Below, piece by piece: positions 56,269-64,000 of a stretch of DNA of 64,000 bases. A program made the translations under genes and the position numbers. How positions within the stretch are numbered: position 1 is the stretch's first letter; every line of letters begins with the position of its first letter. This DNA is from a virus, in IMG/VR virus record IMGVR_UViG_3300007516_000010, positions 417 through 64,416 of that record; one strand, written 5' to 3'. The notes beneath the pieces were generated by a model, which was given only the letters and a program-made list of their open reading frames with translations, did no database searches and had not been told where the DNA came from.

Positions 56269-57546
56269 ATGAATAGCCACCACAAGTACACAAACGCCAA
56301 CTTCCGCAACGCCACGCTGGTTGAAGCGTACCGGCTGTACCTCAACAGCAATGACAAGAAGCTATTGACGTCGCTAATGACTGTCGACAACAAGTTTAAC
56401 GAAGAACTCTATGAAGCGACCGTTTCCGGCCAGGGGACAGGCGCAGAATTCGTCAGTGAGCCGGCCTTTGTACCGATCTGGCGGTCACAGACGAATTCCG
56501 CGCACAACCTGGTGAAGGCCGGACTGGCGATGCAGTCCACGCAACTGTTTGAAGGACTCCATAAACCTTGCGTCGCAATTACCAGGATGGGTCACCTGAT
56601 TGCTGCCGGACTGATTTACGGCGGAGACGCTTGTACGGCAGACCCCGAGTTTAATCATTTCTATGAGCCGATCGTGGGTATCCAGGCGAAGCTGGCGAGG
56701 GAGGGTAAATCAGCCGACCTGGCGGAGGAGCTGGCAGCCGTCTCGAAGGAGGCTACCAGTCTTAAAAGTTTATACCGCAAAACGAAAGACGCGATCGTTA
56801 ACGCGATGAGCTTGAATACCACTCTCGCGACCGAGCGGGACCTGTGGACTAAGCGGGCCTATGAATTGCAAAAGGAAGCGGTTTCCACGAAGAAAGAAAC
56901 CGCCGTAAATACGGCTAAACTGAAGGCTCAAATAACCCAACTGCACGTCGCGACGGACGAGCAGATTAAGCGACAAGAAGCGCATAACCGTAAAGTAGCT
57001 GATGATTCGGCGAGCATCGTCGTTGAGCGGGACATGTTGCTTCGGCAGGTCGCCAGACTGGAAAAGGCTTCCGTTTCGGCGAGGGAGTCAACCGATAGAA
57101 AGATAGCCACACTGACGGCCCAGCTGGCAGAATCGCAAGACGCGTTGGCACAGAAACCGCAGAGGCAAGCGGCGGAGGTTGCGATTCTGCAGAAGCACCT
57201 GACAACCGCTTGCGTCCAGTTAGAGGCGGCGACGACGAAGATTTTTGAGGCGGAACGCGCCGCCATCCCGGACAAGAAGCAGGCCGCTACCATATTAGCC
57301 GCTGTAGAGTTAGCGTTAGCCAAGGCAGAAGCCGCGTTAGAGGCGAAGACGCAAGAGCTGGCTAAGGCACAAACGTTGGCCGCGAAGCTGGTGAAGAGCA
57401 AGTCTGTTACTGTTACGAAGCCAGCCGCCAAGACACGCAAGCCTGCCAAGCCTGCCAAGCCTGCCAAGCCCGCTAAACCCAGAGCGAAGAAGTCCAAACT
57501 GGGCGAAGGTTTAAACCTTAACTTTGACTGGACAGGAAAAAAGTAA
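56269..57546 (+). CDS. coiled-coil protein with a histone-H1-like KPA tail
   Basis: 425 aa; heptad-rich; KPAKPAKPAKP near the C-terminus. Confidence 0.7.
   Translation: MNSHHKYTNANFRNATLVEAYRLYLNSNDKKLLTSLMTVDNKFNEELYEATVSGQGTGAEFVSEPAFVPIWRSQTNSAHNLVKAGLAMQSTQLFEGLHKPCVAITRMGHLIAAGLIYGGDACTADPEFNHFYEPIVGIQAKLAREGKSADLAEELAAVSKEATSLKSLYRKTKDAIVNAMSLNTTLATERDLWTKRAYELQKEAVSTKKETAVNTAKLKAQITQLHVATDEQIKRQEAHNRKVADDSASIVVERDMLLRQVARLEKASVSARESTDRKIATLTAQLAESQDALAQKPQRQAAEVAILQKHLTTACVQLEAATTKIFEAERAAIPDKKQAATILAAVELALAKAEAALEAKTQELAKAQTLAAKLVKSKSVTVTKPAAKTRKPAKPAKPAKPAKPRAKKSKLGEGLNLNFDWTGKK
57439..57480 (+). repeat. 9-nt tandem repeat (AAGCCTGCC) encoding KPA
   Basis: three exact and two degenerate units. 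Confidence 0.85.
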
Positions 57547-57627
57547 CAGCTGTTCCTCGTTGATTTAAGTGACGCGTTTAGGGAGGAGTAAGAAGGATTT
57601 AGTCACTCACTACAAGGAACGGGCAAC

Positions 57628-58089
57628 ATGCCTCGCAAGACGGAACACTACAGGATATTACGCGGAAAGGTTCGCATAGAAGAATATTTCTGTGACAAGA
57701 TTAGCGACACTGTCGAGTCAATAAAGGGTGTCAACCTCATGCGTATTGCGAGGGATGAATCGCTAGCACGATTAAAAGCGAACCCGCGTTGCGGTTTAGC
57801 CACAGGAAGCACTGACAGCGAGGAATGGTTTGAGTCTGTGAACACCACCGGCTCAACAGCTGCCGGTATGGGGTCGTCCGTTTATTTACCAAGCCGCGAA
57901 GAGATTGCCGCCGCGTGTGCAGCATTCCGCGTACGCGACCCACGGGGTTCCGTCTATGGGGGTTCACCCGACTACGACATCGGCGTCCAGTTCCCGACTT
58001 TCAACGACCTATCCACTCGACGTACCACGATCCCGGAAGACGATCGAAAATGCGACTGCCCTTACTGGGGTACCGAAGGAAAAGAATGA
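57628..58089 (+). CDS. hypothetical protein
   Basis: 153 aa, SD AAGGA. Confidence 0.6.
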   Translation: MPRKTEHYRILRGKVRIEEYFCDKISDTVESIKGVNLMRIARDESLARLKANPRCGLATGSTDSEEWFESVNTTGSTAAGMGSSVYLPSREEIAAACAAFRVRDPRGSVYGGSPDYDIGVQFPTFNDLSTRRTTIPEDDRKCDCPYWGTEGKE

Positions 58090-58154
58090 CCGAAAACCAA
58101 ACTAACCAGGTGAAACCGAATGGCTAAATACATTGTGGAACTTTACGAACTCCG

Positions 58155-58496
58155 GTGAAAACAGATGCGATACTGCGAGATATTATGACGACCGAAGAAT
58201 ATACGGCTGAAATGTTAAAAGCGTTGGATTGGCTCAAAAGACTTCCTGACGAAAAAATGATGCTGAGTGCGTTGACCCTGATGTTTTTAAAAGGACGCAA
58301 CGCCACCGATGAAGCTAGTGCGATCCCAGATGCGGAGTTGCAGCATTTCGGGGAACACGTTCAAGAAACGTTCGCGTCAGTGGGATTCCTTTTGCTGATG
58401 GCTCGCGGAAGCGTTGTCGCAAACTTTACTGACGGCGTGCCGAAGTATTCAGTTAGCGATCAAGGCATTAAGGAAGCCGATTCGCTTAGTCAGTAG
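58155..58496 (+). CDS. hypothetical protein
   Basis: 113 aa; start uncertain. Confidence 0.55.
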   Translation: MKTDAILRDIMTTEEYTAEMLKALDWLKRLPDEKMMLSALTLMFLKGRNATDEASAIPDAELQHFGEHVQETFASVGFLLLMARGSVVANFTDGVPKYSVSDQGIKEADSLSQ

Positions 58497-58550
58497 AACG
58501 CTATCAACCACCTCGCCGCCGCGAGTTGATTCAATTTCAAAAACAAGCTT

Positions 58551-58582
58551 CAGCGGCGACAAAATCGATTTTGTCGCCGCTG
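58551..58582. repeat. 28-bp dispersed palindrome, copy 9 (perfect, extended to 32 bp)
   Basis: CAGCGGCGACAAAATCGATTTTGTCGCCGCTG. Confidence 0.97.
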
Positions 58583-58610
58583 TTTCTTTTACTCAAGCAA
58601 GGATTAATGG

Positions 58611-59336
58611 ATGACAACGCAGACAAAAATTGAGTTTTCAGGCTTTACCGCTACTATCTCTCAAGATCCAGACTACCCCGATCCGATGCGAGAGGCTGAC
58701 GCCCCGGACGTTTTTGCTACCTGGCATAGGCGATACGCTTTCGGTGACGACGCATCTGCCAGGTGGAGCCGGGAAGAATACCGTAAGGCGAACATCGGCC
58801 AGCATGACTTGGTACTGGACGTCTACATGTACGACCACAGCGGAGTCGTATTTTCGCACAGTCCTTTCGCGGACAAATGGGACAGTGGCTGGCTCGGCTG
58901 GCACTGGATATCCCAGGAAGCGATCATCCGGGACTTCACCGGCGACGTTGAGCTGGCCAAGAAGTGGCTGAAAGCCAGGCTCGAAGTTTTCAACAACTAC
59001 GTCAGCGGCGACGTTTGGGAAGTGGTTACCACGGACCCGCGCGGCGAAGAAGTAGACAGCTACTCGTTAGCCGAAGCGATCGACGACGAAAGATGCGCCA
59101 GGATACTTGCCGATCTGCGTGTCCTCGCAGGGAACTGGAAGTACCAGGACTTCGTGAAGCCGATGTCGGCGAACGAGATCCTCACCTCGCTGGTCGAAAG
59201 CTTTGGCGAAGCCTTCGACGCTGACGAACCGATTAACGGCAGCGACGCCGTTGAGTGGATTTGCGACACGTTACCGCAAGCCCGTGTGTGGCTTGCCAAG
59301 CAATCCGCTGTGATAGCGGATTTAAACCCTCTTTGA
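58611..59336 (+). CDS. conserved phage/plasmid-type hypothetical protein
   Basis: DPMRE...TWHRRY...VYMYDHSG...WDSGWLG...YVSGDVW pattern. Confidence 0.7.
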   Translation: MTTQTKIEFSGFTATISQDPDYPDPMREADAPDVFATWHRRYAFGDDASARWSREEYRKANIGQHDLVLDVYMYDHSGVVFSHSPFADKWDSGWLGWHWISQEAIIRDFTGDVELAKKWLKARLEVFNNYVSGDVWEVVTTDPRGEEVDSYSLAEAIDDERCARILADLRVLAGNWKYQDFVKPMSANEILTSLVESFGEAFDADEPINGSDAVEWICDTLPQARVWLAKQSAVIADLNPL

Positions 59337-59361
59337 TTCTCTATCCAACTAGGAAATTACC

Positions 59362-60138
59362 ATGTCTTTAGTTCTTCACTGCGGCGGCGCAACGGTTACC
59401 CGTGATGACGTTTTGAATGTTATCACCCCCGAGGCCACCAAGACGCACTTTCCCGTACCGCACAGCAAGCTGCTGGAGTCGATCGAGCGAGTGCTGCAAA
59501 CCGAAAGCGGCTATCAGATTACCAAGACGACGCACGCATTGTCTCACGAGGGTAAGCGGTACTTCGGTTTGCTGGAAGTGCAGGCTCCTAACGGCGGCTA
59601 CGCCGACCGGACACTGATGGTTGGTTGCCGGAATTCGCACGACCGGTCGTTCGCGATTGACTTTACGCTGGGCAGCCGAGTTTTTGTTTGCGACAATCTG
59701 TCGTTCTCAGGCGAGGTAAAGCTGGACGGCCACGTGGATCGTCCTGGTTACATCCCCAACACATCCCGCCGCAAGCACACCCGGCACGCGATCAACGATC
59801 TTTCGCGGATGGTCAGTGCGACGGTAGGCCGCCTCGGTGACCACCGTAAGAAGCAAGACTTGCGGATTGCCGCTTACAAGACGGCGGAGCTGAACGACAA
59901 GGACACCCACGACTTGGTCATCAAGGCGGTTGAGTGCAAGGCGATCCCTGGCCAGCAGATCATGGCGGTACTGGAGCAGTGGCGTAAACCAGCTTACGAG
60001 GAGTTCGAACCGCGAACCATGTGGAGCTTGTTCAACGGTTTCACGCACGTTTACAAAGAAGGCAGCCTGGAGCTGACACGTAAGCGGTCGCAGTCGCTGC
60101 ATGGGCTGTTCGACGCGTACATTGGATTGGCCGTTTGA
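59362..60138 (+). CDS. DUF932 family protein
   Basis: PVPHSKLL, KRYFG, VGCRNSHDRSF, VFVCDNLSF, WSLFNGFT; SD AGGA. Confidence 0.8.
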   Translation: MSLVLHCGGATVTRDDVLNVITPEATKTHFPVPHSKLLESIERVLQTESGYQITKTTHALSHEGKRYFGLLEVQAPNGGYADRTLMVGCRNSHDRSFAIDFTLGSRVFVCDNLSFSGEVKLDGHVDRPGYIPNTSRRKHTRHAINDLSRMVSATVGRLGDHRKKQDLRIAAYKTAELNDKDTHDLVIKAVECKAIPGQQIMAVLEQWRKPAYEEFEPRTMWSLFNGFTHVYKEGSLELTRKRSQSLHGLFDAYIGLAV

Positions 60139-60383
60139 TGGCCGGCCGCTTAAGGTACGCCACGATACTTTTACTACCTAAGAAAAGGTATCAGTCTATT
60201 TCCAGCTACCTGTCGGTTAATTTCGGTGGTACCTGGGAATACGACAACAGTGGGACGTGGCTGTGCGACGATGAACTGCGATACGCCCGCCGAGTGTGCA
60301 GTTGCAGCGGAGAAGAAGATCGATGCACTTGCTTTCCGTCGTTGTGGGTTTATGGCGGACCCAACGGATCGGTGCGGGCTTAA
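60135..60383 (+). CDS. hypothetical protein (Cys-containing)
   Basis: 82 aa; its start overlaps the DUF932 stop. Confidence 0.5.
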   Translation: MMAGRLRYATILLLPKKRYQSISSYLSVNFGGTWEYDNSGTWLCDDELRYARRVCSCSGEEDRCTCFPSLWVYGGPNGSVRA

Positions 60384-60492
60384 GCGATCGCCGCTTCGTG
60401 ACCAGGATCTGCTATTTTGCTTGCGAGGGAAATCAACGTCATACTCTGCCGTTGGCCCTTGCTTCCGCAAATCCGAACACGAAGAGAACCTT

Positions 60493-61239
60493 ATGGCCAC
60501 TACCGAACGCAGCGTCCTTGAATACCGCATTGACATCAGTGCTGGTTTACAGATCCCCGAAGATGTCGCCAAACTGGCGGTGCTTATTTCGGTCAGCTCC
60601 GACGAAGTGAGTTACGCACCACAGCTTATGCTGATCGCCACGGATGCTACCGAGTTATTTTTCCGCGTACCGCAGGACGTTGACGTTGAATTGCGTTACG
60701 GCTTTGCCGATGACGCGAGAGACGGCAACAACCAACCTAAGCCGAATATCTCGTGGAGCACTCCGGTGACGATGCGGTCGCTTGATACGCTTCCGCCACC
60801 TGAACCGACCGTCTTCGGTAGCGTCAGCCTGGTTGGCGAATCCAAGGAGCAGGTTGAACTGCTCTCACAGGCTACGACAGCCGCACCGCTGACACCTGTG
60901 GAAACCTCGACGCTACCCCCGTGGATCGTTCTGCCGGTCGACGTAGCTGACGTCACACTTGTAAGCGAAACTGTCGAGACGGTAGAAACCGCGACATCGG
61001 CTCCTGTGGCTACTACCGCGGCACCAGAAGTTCCTGCCGTTGACGTCCCTGAAGTCACCCAGGCTCCAGTGGCCGAGTCGGCCACTGGATCGCCTATGGT
61101 CGAAGTCACCACACCGGCTCCTATGGTCGAAGTCACCACACCGGCTCCTGAGGTACTGCCAGTGTCAGTCACGACTGCTTCGCCATCCGGCGGTCAGTAT
61201 GCGGATGGCTCGCCGATTATTAGCAACGACTTCAGCTAA
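60493..61239 (+). CDS. hypothetical protein with a beta-rich N-domain and a Thr/Pro/Val-rich tail
   Basis: start moved to ATG 60493; a 27-nt duplication (61093-61146) encodes PMVEVTTPA x2. Confidence 0.7.
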   Translation: MATTERSVLEYRIDISAGLQIPEDVAKLAVLISVSSDEVSYAPQLMLIATDATELFFRVPQDVDVELRYGFADDARDGNNQPKPNISWSTPVTMRSLDTLPPPEPTVFGSVSLVGESKEQVELLSQATTAAPLTPVETSTLPPWIVLPVDVADVTLVSETVETVETATSAPVATTAAPEVPAVDVPEVTQAPVAESATGSPMVEVTTPAPMVEVTTPAPEVLPVSVTTASPSGGQYADGSPIISNDFS

Positions 61240-61263
61240 CGCGGTACTGCCTACTTTATTTCG

Positions 61264-61300
61264 ACGAGCGGCGGGTATTACTCGCCGCTCGTTTCATTTC
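61264..61300 (+). terminator. intrinsic terminator
   Basis: ACGAGCGGCG/CGCCGCTCGT followed by TTCATTTC. Confidence 0.7.
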
Positions 61301-61347
61301 AGCTAGCCGCTCCATCCAGGTAGACTCCGTGCTTTCGACGACCTAAC

Positions 61348-61614
61348 TTGGAAAAACAGATGCCGCCAACCCGTCTACTCGCCGCGTTCATCCTCATGTT
61401 CTTCGTCACCGTTTTGGCTGTGACGGGTTACGCAGAATACATGCTTAAGCTGGAGCTAAAGCTATTTGGGCCTGACGAACGGCTGGGAGTCTTCGGTATT
61501 CCCTACACGCCGTTTTGGTGGGATACTCTCTGGATCTGTATCGCCGCGGCAGTAGTGGTTTACTGGATGTCGGTGGCTTATCAACTGAAAAAAGCGATCA
61601 ATCATGGTGATTGA
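61348..61614 (+). CDS. small membrane protein (2 predicted TM helices)
   Basis: hydrophobic stretches LLAAFILMFFVTVLAV and LWICIAAAVVVYWM. Confidence 0.6.
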   Translation: MEKQMPPTRLLAAFILMFFVTVLAVTGYAEYMLKLELKLFGPDERLGVFGIPYTPFWWDTLWICIAAAVVVYWMSVAYQLKKAINHGD

Positions 61615-61703
61615 CTTATTTAACTTCTCGGCGTCTGGTCTATTCACGCCGGTTCGTCCACTTTCGACCGACCACTAACACACTACTTGAACGGAGCCTC
61701 TCA

Positions 61704-62324
61704 GTGAGCACAAACGAAAATGTCTTGGTCATTCCCTCGGAGCACATCCCTGGGCTATCCAGCTTGTCTGGTTTCGACGGCAACGTCGATTTGGCCGTTC
61801 GCCCGGTACTGGAATCTTCCGCACTACGGTTCATGCCTCGCTCGGAAGCAGAGACCAACGAGAACTTTAAGCAGATTATCCCTTACGTGATGATCCGCTA
61901 TTTCAACGAGCACCTGGCGGCCCGTTATTACACTTATGTCCGTGGGAACGCCCAGGGTGAGGCTAGGCTGCACGCAAAGGTAAGTTTTGGTGTCGGAGGC
62001 CACATCAACGATCAGGACTCACAGGACCCATTTAAGGCGTTCCTGCCGGGTACTATCCGGGAGATCAAAGAGGAGGTCACGATGCAGACGGATGTGGTCT
62101 TCTCGCCTGAAGTGGTCGGCGCCGTCTACGATCCGACCACGTCGGTGGGCCGGGTTCACTACGGCATCGTGATGGTGTTGCATGCTTCGCATGAGTCAGC
62201 GGTAAAGAACAACGACGCATCCGCCGAGAACATCCGCTGGCAAAGCGTTGTCGAACTGCGTCAGAACACCAATTTGGAAGCCTGGTCGAGGCTGTGCTTG
62301 TCCGGTCTGCACCCACCGAAGTAG
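61704..62324 (+). CDS. NUDIX hydrolase (predicted phosphoesterase type)
   Basis: ENVLV, SEAETNENFKQIIPY, SFGVGGHIN, REIKEEV, GRVHYG, LEAWS; start moved to GTG 61704 (SD CGGAG). Confidence 0.82.
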   Translation: MSTNENVLVIPSEHIPGLSSLSGFDGNVDLAVRPVLESSALRFMPRSEAETNENFKQIIPYVMIRYFNEHLAARYYTYVRGNAQGEARLHAKVSFGVGGHINDQDSQDPFKAFLPGTIREIKEEVTMQTDVVFSPEVVGAVYDPTTSVGRVHYGIVMVLHASHESAVKNNDASAENIRWQSVVELRQNTNLEAWSRLCLSGLHPPK

Positions 62325-62330
62325 CTAACT

Positions 62331-62358
62331 GCAGCGACAAAATCGATTTTGTCGCCGC
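62331..62358. repeat. 28-bp dispersed palindrome, copy 10 (1 mismatch)
   Basis: GCAGCGACAAAATCGATTTTGTCGCCGC, 6 bp after the stop at 62324. Confidence 0.95.
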
Positions 62359-62389
62359 TAGCTTCACAGGGTCATTTTCACTTTCACTG

Positions 62390-62420
62390 GCGGCCTGTCG
62401 CATAGTCAGGCCGCTTTTTT
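62390..62420 (+). terminator. intrinsic terminator
   Basis: GCGGCCTG/CAGGCCGC followed by TTTTTT. Confidence 0.8.
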
Positions 62421-62444
62421 CGTTAACCAACAAAGAGACAATCC

Positions 62445-62732
62445 ATGCGAGACATGCTCTACGAGTTGTTCGGGCTAATACGTGAGATCATTAAAAGCGC
62501 GCTGAGCCCTTTGGGGATCTCGCTTCTTATCTGCCTGGCGGTTTTCGCTCCCAAGTCCTCGGTAAGAGAGGTCATGGGTCTGACAAGACTAGAACGGGAG
62601 GACACCGTCAAATGTATCTTGGCGATACATCACGAACTAAACGATTTAAACGACCGGATGAGTTACCTAGAAACCCTTCTAGGCAAATCCTTACCACCGA
62701 CGAAGGATGATGGCTATGGCGACAGCCCATGA
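62445..62732 (+). CDS. small membrane-anchored coiled-coil protein
   Basis: hydrophobic LGISLLICLAVFA followed by a heptad segment. Confidence 0.55.
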   Translation: MRDMLYELFGLIREIIKSALSPLGISLLICLAVFAPKSSVREVMGLTRLEREDTVKCILAIHHELNDLNDRMSYLETLLGKSLPPTKDDGYGDSP

Positions 62733-63444
62733 CAAGCACGTGATCGGATGTTTCACCCCGTCACGTGGCAGGCAGCTCATGACACGCGCCTGCATCATGC
62801 AAATGATTTCGCAGTCGCGGCGACCAGACTATTATTCGCTGTTTATCAACGGAAATACGCAAGAGCGTGATTGTTCACTATTCCAGGACCTGCTGACCGC
62901 CTACCCGTGGATCAACAAGCATTCGGGCGGTGAATCGATGCTGACGGTCGAGGTTAAGCATCACGCAATGCAGCCGCTGTTGCACACCGATACGTCGTTG
63001 TTCGTGATGATCGACTCAGACGACGTTTACGACTGCGACTATCTCGAGCGGTACGTACGGATGATTGACGAGTCGCTGGCAGCTAAACCGCAACCAAATG
63101 GCTTTTGCTTCAACCTTATTAACCAACGCTGGATCGACACAGAGGCTGGACAACCGGTCCTCTGGAAGCACTGGCCGGCGGTGAACGGCCTGGGCATTAC
63201 CCCGTCGGAGAGAAAAAAGGGCATTGTTTGCGGCGCTCCGCCGACTTACGTCTTTGACCGTAAAGCCGCAGAGGCTTTGCAGGGGTGGCGAGACCATCCT
63301 CGCTACAGCGTAGATACGTCGAGCGACCGTAGTTGGCGGAATATGCTGTTCGATGCAGGGATTCCCATCACGTGCGTCGGCACCGTCCCGCCTATCTTTG
63401 GTTACGTCCGTCACGAGTCGAACACATGCAAACTAATCAGCTAG
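62707..63444 (+). CDS. glycosyltransferase family 2-like protein
   Basis: FTPSRGR, FVMIDSDDVY (DxD), YVRHESN. Confidence 0.7.
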   Translation: MMAMATAHDKHVIGCFTPSRGRQLMTRACIMQMISQSRRPDYYSLFINGNTQERDCSLFQDLLTAYPWINKHSGGESMLTVEVKHHAMQPLLHTDTSLFVMIDSDDVYDCDYLERYVRMIDESLAAKPQPNGFCFNLINQRWIDTEAGQPVLWKHWPAVNGLGITPSERKKGIVCGAPPTYVFDRKAAEALQGWRDHPRYSVDTSSDRSWRNMLFDAGIPITCVGTVPPIFGYVRHESNTCKLIS

Positions 63445-63446
63445 TA

Positions 63447-64000
63447 ATGCCGGCGGTTGGCGATGCGGTTAAAGTTTACTGGAATACTCACCGTCGTTGT
63501 TTTTCGCTACAAGACAGCGAACGGGTCAGGGCTTACAGTGACTCGATGCTATTAGCCGACGTCAGTTTTCACGTAGGCCGAACAGGCCGTCGCCGTGTCC
63601 TGGTATCTCGCCGCAAGAACGTGCACGCCAAAGTGCATGGAACAATCGTCGGTCTGCTCACCGGCGGAGGCAGACAAGTCGAGGTTCGGTACGATCCTTA
63701 TGTTTGCGGCTTCTTTTATTCGCCGGAAAACCCCAACGACGAAGTGATCGGCGGCCAGTGGTGCCGCCTAGCTGTTGTGGATGAGCATCCGCAGATTCTG
63801 GTAATCAACCCCGTTTTTAGGACACAGACGATGGCACATAGCGAGCATCAAATGGACATGCGTCCGACGCCTCCCGACGATCTTTACGCTGACGACCAGG
63901 ACGGGCTAGGGTCTTTCGCGTTACAGCCTAACTTCAGCGGGGAGCAATTCGGCAAGGTTGTCTGTTACCCCGTGATCGTCGAAGCCTGGGACCAGGTGAT
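63447..64000 (+). CDS. conserved phage hypothetical protein, truncated by the window end (absent from the ORF track)
   Basis: MPAVGDAVKVYWNTHRRCFS...RRVLVSRRKNVHAKVHG...RYDPY; open to the last base. Confidence 0.7.
   Translation, partial: MPAVGDAVKVYWNTHRRCFSLQDSERVRAYSDSMLLADVSFHVGRTGRRRVLVSRRKNVHAKVHGTIVGLLTGGGRQVEVRYDPYVCGFFYSPENPNDEVIGGQWCRLAVVDEHPQILVINPVFRTQTMAHSEHQMDMRPTPPDDLYADDQDGLGSFALQPNFSGEQFGKVVCYPVIVEAWDQV

Noticed and set aside
835-62358. Palindrome copies as a CRISPR array or as IS/MITE ends
   Set aside because: Copies are kilobases apart rather than separated by 30-40-bp spacers; no cas or transposase gene and no evident target-site duplication
59-63414. Numerous minus-strand and alternate-frame ORFs in the track (e.g. 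8344-9066, 34051-34752, 52262-53266, 55619-56293)
   Set aside because: They are shadows of well-supported + strand genes or of repeats, have no motifs, and have low-complexity or implausible composition
1-64000. Stop-codon reassignment (alternative genetic code)
   Set aside because: Long conserved genes are intact under the standard code, and TAA, TAG and TGA all terminate genes at sensible positions
1-64000. Host assignment (e.g. Planctomycetota, suggested by MAKKK starts and the GT style)
   Set aside because: Only impressionistic; it needs CRISPR-spacer matches, codon or tRNA comparison, or phylogeny

Overview
A 64-kb segment of a large (probably jumbo) tailed dsDNA phage genome, GC-rich, with essentially every credible gene on the + strand. 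Layout: (i) small early-type genes, a GHKL ATPase with a C-terminal HExxH domain and a Rep_1-like HUH initiator (1-7 kb); (ii) a replication/recombination block (RNase H, SbcD/SbcC, UvsW, DnaB, primase, PolA with a dead UDG-like domain, RecA, RuvC; 7-31 kb); (iii) hypotheticals, a probable portal, a tRNA-like RNA, proteins sharing a K-x-[AS] motif, degenerate sugar enzymes, a 2H phosphoesterase, Gp88 and rIIB/rIIA (31-50 kb); (iv) a 1845-aa single-chain beta/beta-prime RNA polymerase carrying a LAGLIDADG intein; (v) accessory genes (DUF932, NUDIX, glycosyltransferase). The most striking unexplained signals are a 28-bp palindrome GCGGCGACAAAATCGATTTTGTCGCCGC in 10 dispersed copies (8 intergenic, 2 in frame inside genes, one with a compensatory base-pair swap) and a ~140-nt class-II tRNA-like RNA with extra domains directly upstream of one copy. 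All protein calls come from motif recognition by eye; no searches were run. Several start codons were moved downstream of the ORF-track starts.
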